This document shows positions 1 to 13,295 of a DNA stretch of 64,000 nt, in pieces (the stretch's first letter is position 1; every line of letters begins with the position of its first letter). Source of the DNA: the human T2T-CHM13v2.0 reference genome, Homo sapiens; NCBI RefSeq assembly GCF_009914755.1, contig NC_060932.1, one strand, 5' to 3'. Under the pieces are notes generated by a model. The model saw only the letters and a list, made by a program, of their open reading frames with translations. It was not told where the DNA came from and searched no databases. Made by a program: the position numbers and the translations under genes.

Positions 1-495
1 AAGAATCCACTTGTACCAAAGCATTAGTGAGCAATGTGGATTAATTGACAATCACAAAATGGAAAAAAATGTACATAGCACAACCCTCAGCAAAATTAAG
101 AAGAAATATACATCCCATGTCAGACATTTCTCTTTTCTAATTCCCATCTCCTTCACAGAATCTCTGGGAGTTTTTTCCCTCTCCAATTTCCTTCCACTAC
201 ACCCAGTCTCCCTGGATCCTTTCTCACCTCTGACAGATGTTACTAGGTCCTTCCAATTCATCTTGCCTCTATCATCTAGTGTGATTCAGCTCCTTCCTTT
301 TAAATCTTGACCTTTATATTAAAACTTTTTTCTGTTTGAAGAGCTGAGCCTATAAAACCTCCAAGGTAGAACAGAGAGGAGCATTCTGAGCCAATTCTAC
401 CCAATTGTTCCACCGTCAGTATCACCTCCATCCTCACAACCAAGACAACAGCAAAAAGACGTGACTCTAGAAGCTTGTTCAGTGGCCTGGGCCTA

Positions 496-990
496 CTCAT
501 TTATTCATTTACTCAACAAATATTTACTGAGAGATCTTATCTATGTCAGACGCTGTGCTAGTCAGTAGCACAAGACTGAACAACACATGTCTACATGGAT
601 TTCACATTCTGGTGCATAGAAACTGGCACACATAAATAGAATGATTTATAAATGGACTTCAGTGTAGGAAAGAAATAGTGTTTTGATAGGAAATAGGAGA
701 AACTTTTTTAGACAGGGTGGTTAAGAAGGACTTCCATGAGGATGGGGCAGTTAGGCTGAAATCTGAAGGATGAAGTGAAGCATTAAACTCTTTTCTTCAT
801 CCTGACATTTTCTTACTCTCCAGGAAAAATCCCAAAGAATGTTCAGAAAAGGAGAACATCAGCATGAATGACTAAATTGGCAAAGAACTTGGCATGTTCC
901 AGGGAGAGTGGAATACTGTGAGTAAGGGGAAAATGGCTCAGAGTGAGGCTGTAGAGGCAGGTTGAGTCCTTCTTGTGTGGGACTTAGAGG
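496..990 (-). mobile_element. L2 LINE 3' fragment
   Basis: Starts with the reverse-complemented L2 tail (CATTTATTCATTTACTCAACAAATATTTACTGAG) followed by purine-rich L2 body; ends approximate. Confidence 0.75.
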
Positions 991-996
991 GCCAGG

Positions 997-1555
997 TATT
1001 CCTCCCAGGGTTTGGTTGGGAAGTAGAGCCACTGCAAGTATTAGGAAATAAGGGATTTAGTATAGGTGTTGCTCCTTACACACATGTGGGAGGCACTGGG
1101 AAGTGATGTATAGAAGCAGGGAGTTGAAGAATGACAGCAACAGTCACTGAAACTCCAGCAAGGTGGACAGGTTAGAGCTGGCAGAAAAACCCAAATTCAG
1201 AAGCATGTCAGGCGCCTAAAGTAAAACCATGAAGGAGCGCTCAGGATGGGTCTCTGGGAGCTGCTGTCTCTGGGTAGCAGTAGCATTTGTGGAACTGCTG
1301 TCTATGGAGTTGCAGCCAAGTGTCTGAGTTGTGGTCAGGAGCTAGGAGGGTGAGCCGGATGCAGTGGATTATGAACAAGTGGTGCCTAATGGCCTTCTCT
1401 GTGCCTGTTCATGGCCTTTTATTACCACAGCTACCTTCTGAGAGTTGAAACCCTGCTTTCCTTCCAACCAGCAAGTCCCCCTCTTGGTTAACTCTAAACC
1501 AGAACCACAAAGGAAATGGGATTTTGGGAAACAGAGCATCCAACCCCCGAGCTGA
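997..1555. mobile_element. Old ERVL-class solo LTR (LTR41-like)
   Basis: AATAAGGGATTTAGTATAGG...CCTTACACACATGTGGGAGG near one end and GGTTAACTCTAAACCAGAACC...GGGATTTTGGGAAA near the other resemble LTR41 as recalled. Confidence 0.5.
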
Positions 1556-1879
1556 GGGTTTAGCTTTTGTGCTCTTAGAAAGGAAAGTTCACTCACCTTT
1601 ACCACTTCAGAGCCTATAATAGAAAACATCAGTCCCTTACCATCTACCTTAGCTTCCTTTTACTCCTCCAGCCACCATATTTTTTCTATATTTGATTATG
1701 ACTAACAGAGTTATTAAGCATCAAATTCTTCAAGTCTCCCCTTTTCTGATAGACAACTGAGAGTATCACATATTCTTTTCTTGGGCATTTAAGTTCCTCC
1801 CTGAGTTAACAGATGTCAGTGCATGCCCCACCCCTTCACAGGCTTAAAGGTCTTGGGGCTGGAGGGAGGACAGGTTTTG

Positions 1880-2095
1880 TAGACTTGACTCAGGATGCCC
1901 ACGTGGGTACTATCCACTGAATGGTAATCAGGGGCAAGTTACCTATATGTGCTCCCAACTCACCCACCTGTGAAAGGGTATGGCAAACCCTACCTCATAG
2001 AATTGTTAAGGAGATAAAATTAAATAATGCATTATAAGTGGACAGCTTGTATGCAACATGTTTTATTCACAGAAAGTGCTCAGTTAAGGTTAATT
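1880..2095 (+). mobile_element. MIR SINE
   Basis: MIR core GGGCAAGTTACCT...CCTACCTCATAGAATTGTTAAGGAG...AAATAATGCA. Confidence 0.7.
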
Positions 2096-2279
2096 CACTT
2101 TTCTTTTCCTCCACCATGCTGCCTGGACTAACACACAACTTTGGGATTAATCCTTGCCCATTGACATTATTGATTCCTATTTCTCTTCATTGCACACCAC
2201 CAATATTGCAGCCATTATTAAGCTACAAAGGCTAAACCAATTCTTTCATTTATCACCCTTTCTAATACTTCAACACTAT

Positions 2280-2440
2280 AATTAGCTTTCTTAACTGTAA
2301 ACAGGCATGGTAATAATGGTCCCTAACTCAGATTCCTTATTAGGAGTGAAGGAGATAATGTGTGGAAAGGTGTTAGAACACAGCTTGGCACATAGGAAAG
2401 ACTCAATGAATGTGAGCTATTCTTGTTACCCCAATCATCA
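2280..2440 (+). mobile_element. MIR SINE 3' part
   Basis: CTGTAAA...GAGATAATGTGTGGAAAG...TGGCACATAGGAAAGACTCAATGAATGTGAGCTATT. Confidence 0.75.
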
Positions 2441-2558
2441 TTACTATGTACATTCCTTTTCCAAAGAAGTTGGTCAAGTCCTCTGTGGTGTGGTGGGAGG
2501 AGCCAACATGGCACTGGACCCTAAAGTTTCCCCATCCTCATTAAATGAGTGAGATCCT

Positions 2559-2880
<322 letters not shown>

Positions 2881-3164
2881 TCAAGGAAAGGCCTTGGTTG
2901 TCCACCTTAGGAGAGCTCTAAGCCTGCGGGCATCCCCAAGAGGTCATGAAGTGAACTTTGTTCTACTTCCCTCTGATTTGAAACTCTGGAGCCTTGTTGC
3001 CCAGGACAAATGGGCAATTTTAAGCTCCTTGAATGACTTTTTGCAGGAGGTCACTGTCCTTTTGTAAAAAGTCCAGATTTGTTAGCTGAAGGGACAGACC
3101 CATTTTGTCCCTTTCTAGGATCTTCAACATAATTATTTTTCTAAGTGCTTATATATTATTTCAA

Positions 3165-3302
3165 TAAAAACAATAATGTCTAACATTTATTGAGCACTTA
3201 ATGTATACTTGCCCTTATGTTGAATGCATAAGATCCACTATTTATCTCCGCACTGACCAATGAAGTAGAAGTTATTATATCAATTTTATAGAGGATAAGA
3301 CT
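3165..3302 (-). mobile_element. MIR SINE fragment
   Basis: AACATTTATTGAGCACTTA...ATTTTATAGAGGATAAGACTGA. Confidence 0.7.
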
Positions 3303-3445
3303 GATATACACATATATGCACACACACACATATATAAACACATACAGGCATATATACATGTATATACACACATATATAGAGATGTACATATATATAAACA
3401 TATATTATATATATATACAACTGTTTGTGTATATATATATATAAA
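3303..3445. repeat. Degenerate (TA)n/(CA)n microsatellite
   Basis: Alternating TA/CA runs seen directly. Confidence 0.9.
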
Positions 3446-3885
3446 CATTGTTCTAGTGGTGGCTACTTGGCAGTCTGAAATAATCCAGAACCCTTCCTGC
3501 TACTACATACAACATACAAATAGAAATGTTGGATAAAATGTTATAATTTAAAAGACAAAAAACGCATACACATAGCTTGGTTTTCAAGTAAAGAAAATCA
3601 GCAAGTACCAGAAACAAAGAAGGAATTGAAAGTTCAAGTGTTAAATATAAAATCTTAGTGTGGCCACTGAAGGGTAGGGAGTAGTATTGGACTCAGAAAA
3701 ATGCCCAAATGTTTTTGGGCCTAGATTTCAATCTCATGTTGACATAGGAGATATTGTCTGAAGTCTATGATAGGAGGAAAGTTGGAACCCAGACTGCATA
3801 AAGCTGGAACTGTAAAAAACAACAACAAAAAAAAAACAAACAAACATAAAAACAAGCCTGAATTCTTGGTGAACATAGAATTAGA

Positions 3886-4194
<309 letters not shown>

Positions 4195-4276
4195 TTAAAT
4201 CAATTTAAAAAAAGAAAAATAAACAATTTTAAAGAGAGTAGACTTAGGAAAACTCTAACCACCAACCTTGGATATT

Positions 4277-4280
<4 letters not shown>

Positions 4281-4310
<30 letters not shown>
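4281..4310 (+). repeat. Poly(A)30 tract
   Basis: 30 uninterrupted A. Confidence 0.95.
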
Positions 4311-4311
<1 letters not shown>

Positions 4312-5811
4312 AACGCTTCTCTCCATCCAGGATTCTATGGAAAATAAAAACCCTAACCATTCATTGCAATTGGGTTTGGAAACTGAACTACACAGTGTGA
4401 ATAGTTCAGAAATCTCAACCTACCAAATTAATATAAAAAATAATTTCTGGTTTATGGTACCTTTGGAGCCAAAACAAAGTGCTCAAAAACACAAATTTAC
4501 TCTCCAAAATGCATGAATGTCCCACAAAGCAGAAAAATTAGCTCTTACTAAATATGTATTAACAATAAAAATGTACAAAACATATGAGGAAGTGACTCAG
4601 CACAGGGAGTTTTAATGATCACAATCATTAGGTGAACCAATGCTCCCAAGAAGTTGAGACAATATAACTGTCCAAAGGGATGATAAAATAATAACTTTTA
4701 AAAATTATTAAACAAGTAAACTGTAGGGGACAATTAGATATTTTTAAAAGACCAGATTACTTTGAAAGATTGGGAAGTTAAATGACTAGATATTAAAAAC
4801 TGTTCCTGAAATTCCATATCCAATGGACTGATTGACTGTCAGACTAGACACAGCTGAAGAGATAATACAAGAACTTGAAGGTCAGTCTGAAGAATGCCAC
4901 ACAGAGAATCAAGACATGAAACATACGAAGGAAGCATAAGGAAATCTAGTGCATAGGATAAGAAAATCCATTGTTTCACTGGTAGGATTTGTAGAAGTAG
5001 AAAATAAAGAGATCAAGTAAAGGTGATATTTACTAACACAACTATGAACTTTCCAGAGTGAATAAGATGTAAGTTCTTAGAACATAAGCCCTGAGTAAGA
5101 AGGGTTAGATGAATCTTTTCAAGGCAAAATAACTAATAAGCAGTGGAGTCTGATTCATATAGACTCAATGTGAATGCAAAGTTTTGCATTTTAACCAGCA
5201 TTCCTGAAGTGCAAGCAAATCTTCGGTATCTTCCTTGAGAGCTCAAATTGTGACTAACTCATAGCACCCTTAGTTTTGTAACAAGAGTCATTTTCTATCT
5301 GGCTCAAATCCAATTACAATCATGAAGCTGCTGAGCCAACATTTTCTAAATGTGTGGTTTTGTAGTTGTTGTTGTTAAATTTGTCCCATAAGATGTTCTT
5401 TTGAGGGTGGTGAAAAGTAGGAGTGGGGAGAGTTCTCTGATCAAATAAATTTGGAAAACAACTATATATGGTGTATCTTTTTGTAGAGGCATAGGAAATA
5501 TTAGTATATTAAACTTTCTGATATGTCTGGAACAAAGACATCTGTTTGACTCCAGAACCCATTTCTCCCTAAATACCAAAAACTATTGACTTTCGGAAGA
5601 CTGTGTGTCACAGCCCTGTACAATATCACAAATAATTATTCAACTCTGTTTGAATATTTTAATTTTTAGGTAATTCGCTACTGGCTAAGGTAGGCCTCTC
5701 TGCTTTTAGATAGCTTTTATTGAAAGTTTTTTTTTTTTAAATATTGAGGGAACGTGTTTCATCTTCTACCCATTGGTACTAATCATACCTTGTAAGATTA
5801 CAAAGAAAATG

Positions 5812-6180
5812 TCTTAACCTGATTAATTTATGTTGCAGTGACAAATGACCACTAAATTTCAGTGATTTACAACAAACTTTTCTCTTTTTTGCTCAGGTAT
5901 GTATCAACTCCAGGTGAGTAGAAGCTCTGCTCTTTGATCATCTTTATTTCAGGACACATACTGAAGAAGCACCCTCTGTCTTGGTTTTGTGGCCAAGGAG
6001 AAAATGGATAGAGGAACCACACATGGTTATCAAAGCTTAATTGTGGCAATCACTATGTTCTCTCACATTTCCTTGGTCAAAACAAGTCATACGGCCCAGG
6101 CGATTATCAGAGGACGGGAAGGTATGGGCCTTCCGAGGACAGGACGGCCGATATTTAAGAACTACCATACAGTCAATCAC
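5812..6180 (-). mobile_element. MLT1-family MaLR LTR (old)
   Basis: TTATGTTGCAGTGACAAATGACC..AAATTTCAGTGATTTA start; CTCACATTTCCTTGGTCAAAACAAGTCATACGGCC motif. Confidence 0.6.
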
Positions 6181-6354
6181 ATAGTCAAATCTCTGTGTTA
6201 GAAACATTAGAAGACTGCTGCCATGTGCTCCACAGCCTTGTTTTCCCCAGCTTCTCCCATTTTCAGTTCTTTTTCTATTCTTTTATGACATGATATTGAG
6301 CCTCTTGGGATCTTTCTTCCTTGGAATATGCTCCAGTTAATGTGAATATTAATA

Positions 6355-6600
6355 ACCATAATGACTGCTGGTGAATATGTCTGTGGCTATGCTTTGTCCT
6401 TTACTGGCATCATCTCTTATAACCCTCACAACAGTCCTGGGGATAAGTGTTATTATTCCCATTGTACAAGTGTTCAGATAGGTACACAGAGGCTCAGCGA
6501 ACTATATTAATTTAACCAAAGTCACACAGCTGGCACACAGCAGAGGCTGTCTGAAAGTTCGGCTTTATAGGCTGTCTATAAAGCTCAGCTCCTAACCTCC
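6355..6600 (-). mobile_element. MIR SINE
   Basis: AACCCTCACAACAGTCCTG...TATTATTCCCATTGTACA...GAGGCTCAG...CCAAAGTCACACAGCT. Confidence 0.75.
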
Positions 6601-7164
6601 AAAGCAGGCACTGTCTCTCTGTGTAGCTCTGTTCCCTGGGTATGTAGGAGATGCCTGAGATGAGTTGATGCCTTTCTCCTTTTAAGAGCATATGCTGTGG
6701 GATGTAAATGTTCAAAAGTAAGAAGAAATTCTGTGATACAACAATTGAATCAAGAATAAGAATATGTTGGCACATCTTTCAGAAATGCAGTGTCCTCCGA
6801 GCACCTGGAGGCCCTCTATGCATTTAATGTACATTAAAACTGTACACTCTGAGTGCAGTCATCAACAGAGCAATTTATGGACATGATCTGGATCACAGAT
6901 GTAAAAAACATTTTGTTTTATATATAAACTGATATTTTACAAGTGACCAACTCGAGCCCTGTGTTAAGGAGGATCTGGAGGCATAATCCAGTGGCATATC
7001 CCACAAGCAATGTCTGATAAAAAGAAGGAAGAAGGAAGCTATGCTTCTATATACCAAGCATTTGTCATCCCTGTCCTAGGGAAAGCCACCTCTATGATCC
7101 AGAGAATAGATCTTCTTGGAGAAACACTGGACTGATATTTAATTTTATAAAAAGAAGGAGAAAG

Positions 7165-7370
7165 CTAATATTATTTTAGCACCTACCACTGAGCATACAC
7201 TTCATTTCACTTACTTCTCACAACACAGTGCAAATGAGTACAGTGCTCCCATTTTCCAGTCAAGAAGACGAAGGCTCAGAGCTGCCAGCTAACTCTTTCT
7301 GAGACCCACAGTGAGTAAATGGCAGAAACAGGACTCAGTCTTAGATCTGATGGACTCTCGATGCTACACT
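7165..7370 (-). mobile_element. MIR SINE
   Basis: CCCATTTTCCAG...AGGCTCAGAG...GTAAATGGCAGA core. Confidence 0.65.
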
Positions 7371-8794
7371 ACGGCACGCCACCTTCTGAAATCCTCAGAG
7401 CTCAATAAAAAGTCCCACTGTTCTATGAATTTGTTTTGCCCAGTTTCAAGATATTTAACACTGTTCTGTTCTTGCCTTTCCTCCTTCTCACTGGCTGAAG
7501 TCTCACTCTTCTCAAAACACAAATGGCTATGAGGCAAGGCACTTTGTTGGACCAGATCGTGCCTCCTAAAGGTGGCAAGTTTGCATCACGACTTTACATA
7601 AATGCTCTTGGCACTGACAGCGGGAGGCAGGCAGGAGTGCGGCTCTGCCATGTGACAAATATAGAGCTGCTGTCCTTAAAGCTCTAACAAGAGACTAACC
7701 CTCAAGGGAGACGCCATGCAATAAATAATTTTTGCCATAACACATTTCTTTCTTTGCATAAATTTAACACCCTGCTCTCTGTACAATATGTGATCTTCCT
7801 GCTAACTCCCCATAGACAGAAATAGCTCTGGTAAGATGTGATAAAAGACAAGTGGCAGAAAGGAAGGGAGACATGACACATTGGAGAACTTGACTTTAGT
7901 GTCGGCTTCTCTACAATGAATATTATCTTTTGCATTCTTCATGGTTAACAATATACAAAGAAGGACTGCAGTGGGGCAGATCATTAGTCTGATGGGATCC
8001 CCATTGCATCAAATGAACTGTTTTTGGACTGTAAGATGCTGATTCCCTGTTTGCTCTGCCAGATGTTACCTGGCTTCCAGCCTTTCTTCTCTTCCCCATA
8101 GCAACGGTCACCAGACCACTTCCTTCACCCTAAACATGAAGGTAGCCCAGACACCAGCCTGCAGAGTCAATCCTGCCTCCAATAAAAGGGTTCTGAGAAA
8201 TTCTAGCAAAACTCAGATATTTATCTAGCAGATCTCTGGTTTTGTGGCTCAGCTCAGGTTGTTGTGGAATTTTGAATGGGGATATGCAAATATACTTGGG
8301 GTCCTTCTTTCTGGAAATCAGAGCACTAACACAAAATTCTGCCTTAGATGTTTCCAATCTACCTAAATAATTTGTCTCATATTTTACATCCCCCCAAAAG
8401 GGCCTTTTGGCACCTGGAAAATCTTTAATTTGGGGGTAGTATCCTGTGTTCCCTTTGATCTAGAAAGCCTGCAGAATCATGGTGCTCCAATCTCAAGGGA
8501 GGAAGCACACTGTTTAGGAAGTCCTCATTCCTGCAGATAGAGGATGCCCTGACTAGGTAAGGGTGCCTGGTCAATACTCCTTTATTGCCAGAATTCTGAG
8601 AGCAGCACCTTTTCTCTTGCATTGTCTTTCTCCCATCTCATGTCATTCTGTTGGGAATGCTAATCACAGTCACACATCCTCTGCACCTCCAAGCATCAGT
8701 GTGACCATGTGAGCACAACCCCACCTCTGGAATCAGACAAGCATTTCACAGGACTAAAGTGAGGATAATCAAGTCACATGCTCAGAACTGGCCA

Positions 8795-9176
8795 GAGTTT
8801 TTCAGTTTCAAGTGACAAAATCTCCAACCCCCAAAATAGAACACATAGGCCTATGTAAACTGAAAACCAAGAGTAGATTTACTTCCAAAAGAGTCAAATC
8901 AAGGACTTTGAGGATGTGGTCAGGTATGGGTCTCTCTCCATGGACTCCTTGTCCTTTCCTTCACCCCCATATCCAGGTCTCTGCATTTGTCCGCGTTCTT
9001 CACTGTCATGTGGCTCCTCCCGATGTGATAGCAAAGATGCCCGTGGACAAACCAGGCTTGGGTCCATCATGTTGGCAATCTGGAGGAAGCCGAGCACTTT
9101 TTCTCCAACTGACTCAGTCCCAGGACTGGCTCTCATTTGCCCAGCTTGTGCAAGTGAGCCTATGACTAATCCCAGG
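8795..9176. mobile_element. Old MLT1-like LTR fragment
   Basis: TTCAGTTTCAAGTGACAAAA...GGCTCTCATTTGCCCAGCTTG motifs typical of late MLT1 families; degraded. Confidence 0.4.
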
Positions 9177-9749
9177 TGTGATGGGTAACATTAGGTGCCA
9201 GCTTTGCAGAGTGAGGGATGCCTCATTGGCTGGTGGAGCATTGTTCTGGGTATGTCTGTGAGGGTGTTTCCAAAGGAGATTGACATGTGAGTCAGTGGAC
9301 TGAAAGAGGAAAACCTGCCCTTAGTGTAGGTGGGCACCATCTAATCAGCTGCCTGCATGGGGCATGGCTAGAACAAAGCAGCCAGAAGAAAGGGAACATT
9401 CAGCTTGCAGAGTCTCCTCTTTGTCCCCAGTTGGAGGCTTTTTCTCCTCCTGTCTGTGGACATCAGACTCCAGGTTCTTTGGTCTTTGGATTCTGGGACT
9501 TGCTCCAGAAGCCTTTTGGGAGCTCTCGTCTTCACCGTCAGATTGGTGGCTGCACTATTGGCCTCCCTTGTTTTGAGGCATTCAGACTTGGACTAAGCCA
9601 CACTACTGGATTTTCTCATTCCCCGGCTTGCAGATGGCCCACTGTGGGGCTTCACCTGTGGAACCATATGAGCCGGTTCTCCCCAGTAAACTCCATTTTA
9701 TATGTACATATATCCTACTGGTTATGTCTCTCTGGAGAATCCTCATACA
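9177..9749 (+). mobile_element. MLT2B-type ERVL solo LTR
   Basis: TGTGATGG start, CTGTGAGGGTGTT...GAGTCAGTGGACTG...GGTGGGCACCATCTAATCAGCTG, ends CTCTGGAGAATCCTCATACA. Confidence 0.88.
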
Positions 9750-10185
9750 CCAACCAAATAGCTTAAGCCACCTTTAGATGGAATTCTGTCATATGCAACT
9801 GTGAGAGATGGACTAATAGGTTCCTTTCTGAGGGGTCATTGACTTAGACCTTGGCATATCAAGAACCCATAGAAAGGAGATTAAGGCTAACGGAAGACAT
9901 ACCAGAGCATAAACCCATGTGAATTTGGGGAGATGATAAAAAGACAGAACTCAACCCCAGCTCACCTCTCTCATCTCTTTAGAAAAAGTCACTCCTGCCT
10001 AATATTGCATTAGTGGGAAGTTCTGTCAACCGCTGCACCTGGTATGGTGCATTCCTCCCTGTGGTGGTCAAATGGGCTTGGAGTTTAAACATTTTGTAGA
10101 AGTTTACACATGAGCACTGAGACTGATACTACATTGATTTCTACCACAATGCTAGTTGGCATCAAAAGTCAAAAAAGCCTCCTTA

Positions 10186-10398
<213 letters not shown>

Positions 10399-10689
10399 TT
10401 ACTCTCAATGATTCAAGAAACATGAAAGATATGACATGAGAACAGTAATAACTAGGCTTCTGCTGCATTCCTATGACCTAGGCTTCCATTCTTATCACTC
10501 AGTCCCAGTCTAGGTCATTTGGTCCAATGTTTCAGTTATAGTTTTGGTTCCTGGCCTGATACATAAGTCCCCCTAGGACTTTGTTCCCCTAGAGATTGAA
10601 GCTGTATCCTTGAACCCCCAGCCAGTGCTGGAGAGCTACTGTGTGCTGGCATTCTTGCAGGATGACCATAGTCTGCCATATCGGTGAAA

Positions 10690-11415
10690 GTCATCGAGTC
10701 CCAAGCTCAATTTACTAAACATATCCACCGATACCACCCCTGAATCAACATGCCCAGAATTAATTGCATGCACCAAATCTCTTCTTCCCAATCTGCTCTT
10801 TCTCCAGTGCTCTCAGTTTTAGTAGATAGCATCACGATTTCTCCATTTTCCCAATCCAGAAATTCAGAGGCCATGCCTGAGTCTGTTTTTGCTTACCCCC
10901 ACCCCATATCTAATCACCCAGTCCTACTGATTCTACTTCTGATAATTATTGTGATCTGATTCTCTCTGTATCTACTGCTATCTCCTTGGCCCAAGCCACC
11001 AGCATCTTTCATCCCAACGGCAGAGTTACCAGTTTACATTCTTGCCTTGCTCTCGCCAATTTTTCTCATAGCAGGCAGAGTGATCTTTTCAAAATACAAG
11101 GTCAATCCCACACATGCTGTCCTCCAATTGCTCCTCTTTATCTCAGTCCCTATTCATCCTGTAGATCTTAGATTAAATACAACTGCGACAGGTCAATTTT
11201 CCACGACAACTTTTATAGCATCCTACATCTAGTCTTCATAATGTTTATCACAACTTGAATATACCAATTATTTGTGTTACCATTTTATGTCTATTCTCCC
11301 AGGTAGATTAAATTCTATAAATGGTAAATACTGTGTCTAGTTTTCTCCCCATTTCTCCAGAACCAAGTTCCCCATATAGTTAATGCTCAGTAAATATTTA
11401 ATGAATAAGTTTATA
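10690..11415 (+). mobile_element. L2 LINE 3' region
   Basis: Pyrimidine-rich L2 body with CAGAGTGATCTTTTCAAAA, ending TGCTCAGTAAATATTTAATGAATAAG. Confidence 0.75.
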
Positions 11416-12779
11416 AACAAATGTCACAGCGCATTCAAGCAGTGTCTAAGCAGAGGCCAAATAGTCATCATTCTGAAATGCTGCAAAGAGAAACTTCTGC
11501 TGTGAAGTTTGGACTAGATAATTCTTAAAGCTCTAAGTATTACTTTGATTCCCTTTTAGAATCTCATTGTCCTAATGTTAAATATATATCATCAGTGCTC
11601 AATGTTACAGCTTCAAACATAGAAGATACAAGAAGTAAATGCTGAGATTTCGCTATTTGTTAACCTATCATGGTAGGTACCATTTGTTGTTACAGTGTGT
11701 TCATTGTCTCATCTCATTTCCATTTTTAAGCCCTTTCTCCCAAATATGGGAGAGAGGGACAAAATTCTATTGACCTGATTTATCATCATCATAAACATTT
11801 AAGCCAACCAATCCAATAAATTAGGGGATGGTTTTAGACCTTACGAAAGGATTCACCAAAGGGGTTCCTTGAAACAGTAGGTTCTCTGATGGCACTTAAA
11901 ATTGGATTTGATTTACAAAAATTTGATTTGCACATAACTATTCAGGAACATATTGATTGCTTTAAGTGAGGTACACTGGGACATAACTACCTTTAATCTT
12001 TTATAACAAAGGCAGCAATTGAAATTGCTTTTGCTAAGCAATTTTTGAAATTGAGGGTTCGATCTCTCTGCTGGCTTTTTCTCACTCAGAAGATTCCCTG
12101 TCTCCCAACACACTTTCCTTCTCCTAATTAAATGAGGTAACCATTTTGTATTATTTGTAGACTGCAGTGGCTGACAGAATCGTACTCGCGTCTTAGGGCT
12201 ACTGAAAAAGCGGCCCTAGGGGCTTAATTTCATTTGCCTCCCTCTTTGTTAATACAGACACTTCTTATTCTCATTTCTTGGAAGCATTTTAGAGAGAATT
12301 GGTTTGTTGGTTATTAAAAAATGGTCAATTACCACGGTATTAGATGGACCCATATTCCCCAACCACAATGTCACTTTCATCCCATGAAAAAGTTTGCCCT
12401 TTGTGTGCATGTCTGTGTGTTTGCTTTATTTAGCTTGTGCTGTAGAGTGCCTAATAAGGAATCCTGACACTAGTTTGCACCATCTCCAGATTGAATTTCT
12501 TTATAGATCAGCCTTAGTAATTCATTTCCCAACTGGTTCTGATCAATACAGCTTGACTTGGCTTAAGGTTAGAGAAACTAGCACAACTGTGGCGTGCATA
12601 GGGTGCCTAAAAGCACCTCCTTCATAAAGGGTCTCTTTGATGGTGACCTGTCAAACTCATCCACGGCCTCTTAGTGGAGTCAGGGCCTGAGCTCTACTCA
12701 AGCCCCAAAGCTGTCATTGTCTTGTTCTCTTTGATTCTGTGAATCCAGAGGCCAGAGAGGCTTCTACGAAAACAGCATG

Positions 12780-12910
12780 GTGTGAGGGCAAAATCAGTAA
12801 TGGCACATCAGGGTATGTGAGCCCCTGGCCCAGTTGTACTAAGAACTGACTATTGAGCTTCAGTGAGTGGCTCACGTCCTGAGATTCTGTTTCAGCATCC
12901 ATAGACTAAG
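12780..12910 (+). mobile_element. MIR SINE fragment
   Basis: CAGCATGGTGTGAG start; TGAGTGGCTCACGTCCTGAGATTCTGTTTCAGCATCCATA core. Confidence 0.55.
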
Positions 12911-13109
12911 GCAGCCAGACCTGTTGATATCTAAAACTCCACTGAGCTCTGAAGTACTAAGATTCTGTGTAGAGGCAGAAAGTCCTGCTGTATTTTTAAG
13001 TATTTTCCTCAATTTTCAACAGCGTACTCTGAAATGACCACCTTTTGGGTAAAGGGAAGGAAAATCATTGTTTCTAGATCATGGAAAACTGCTTTCCCTC
13101 TGCCATAAG

Positions 13110-13295
13110 GATCCCAAACCAGACTTTCATACTTCCCAGCTGTGTGGTCTTGGCCAAGGCACGTGATCTCTTCTAGGTTCTGTTTCTTATTCGTAAAATG
13201 GTGACACATAGTTCTTCCTTTTACCCATTGAGGGGTGAGGATCAAATGAGGTCACAGATGATGTGAGAAGCACTTTGGAAGCAAAGCAGAATGCA
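13110..13295 (+). mobile_element. MIR SINE
   Basis: AGCTGTGTGGTCTTGGCCAAG...CTGTTTCTTATTCGTAAAATGG...GTGAGGATCAAATGAG. Confidence 0.75.

Noticed and set aside
7565-7577. CTCF-like motif CCTAAAGGTGGCA
   Set aside because: Three core mismatches; expected by chance in 64 kb.
9287-9766. 159-aa ORF
   Set aside because: Lies almost wholly within the MLT2B LTR; chance open frame.
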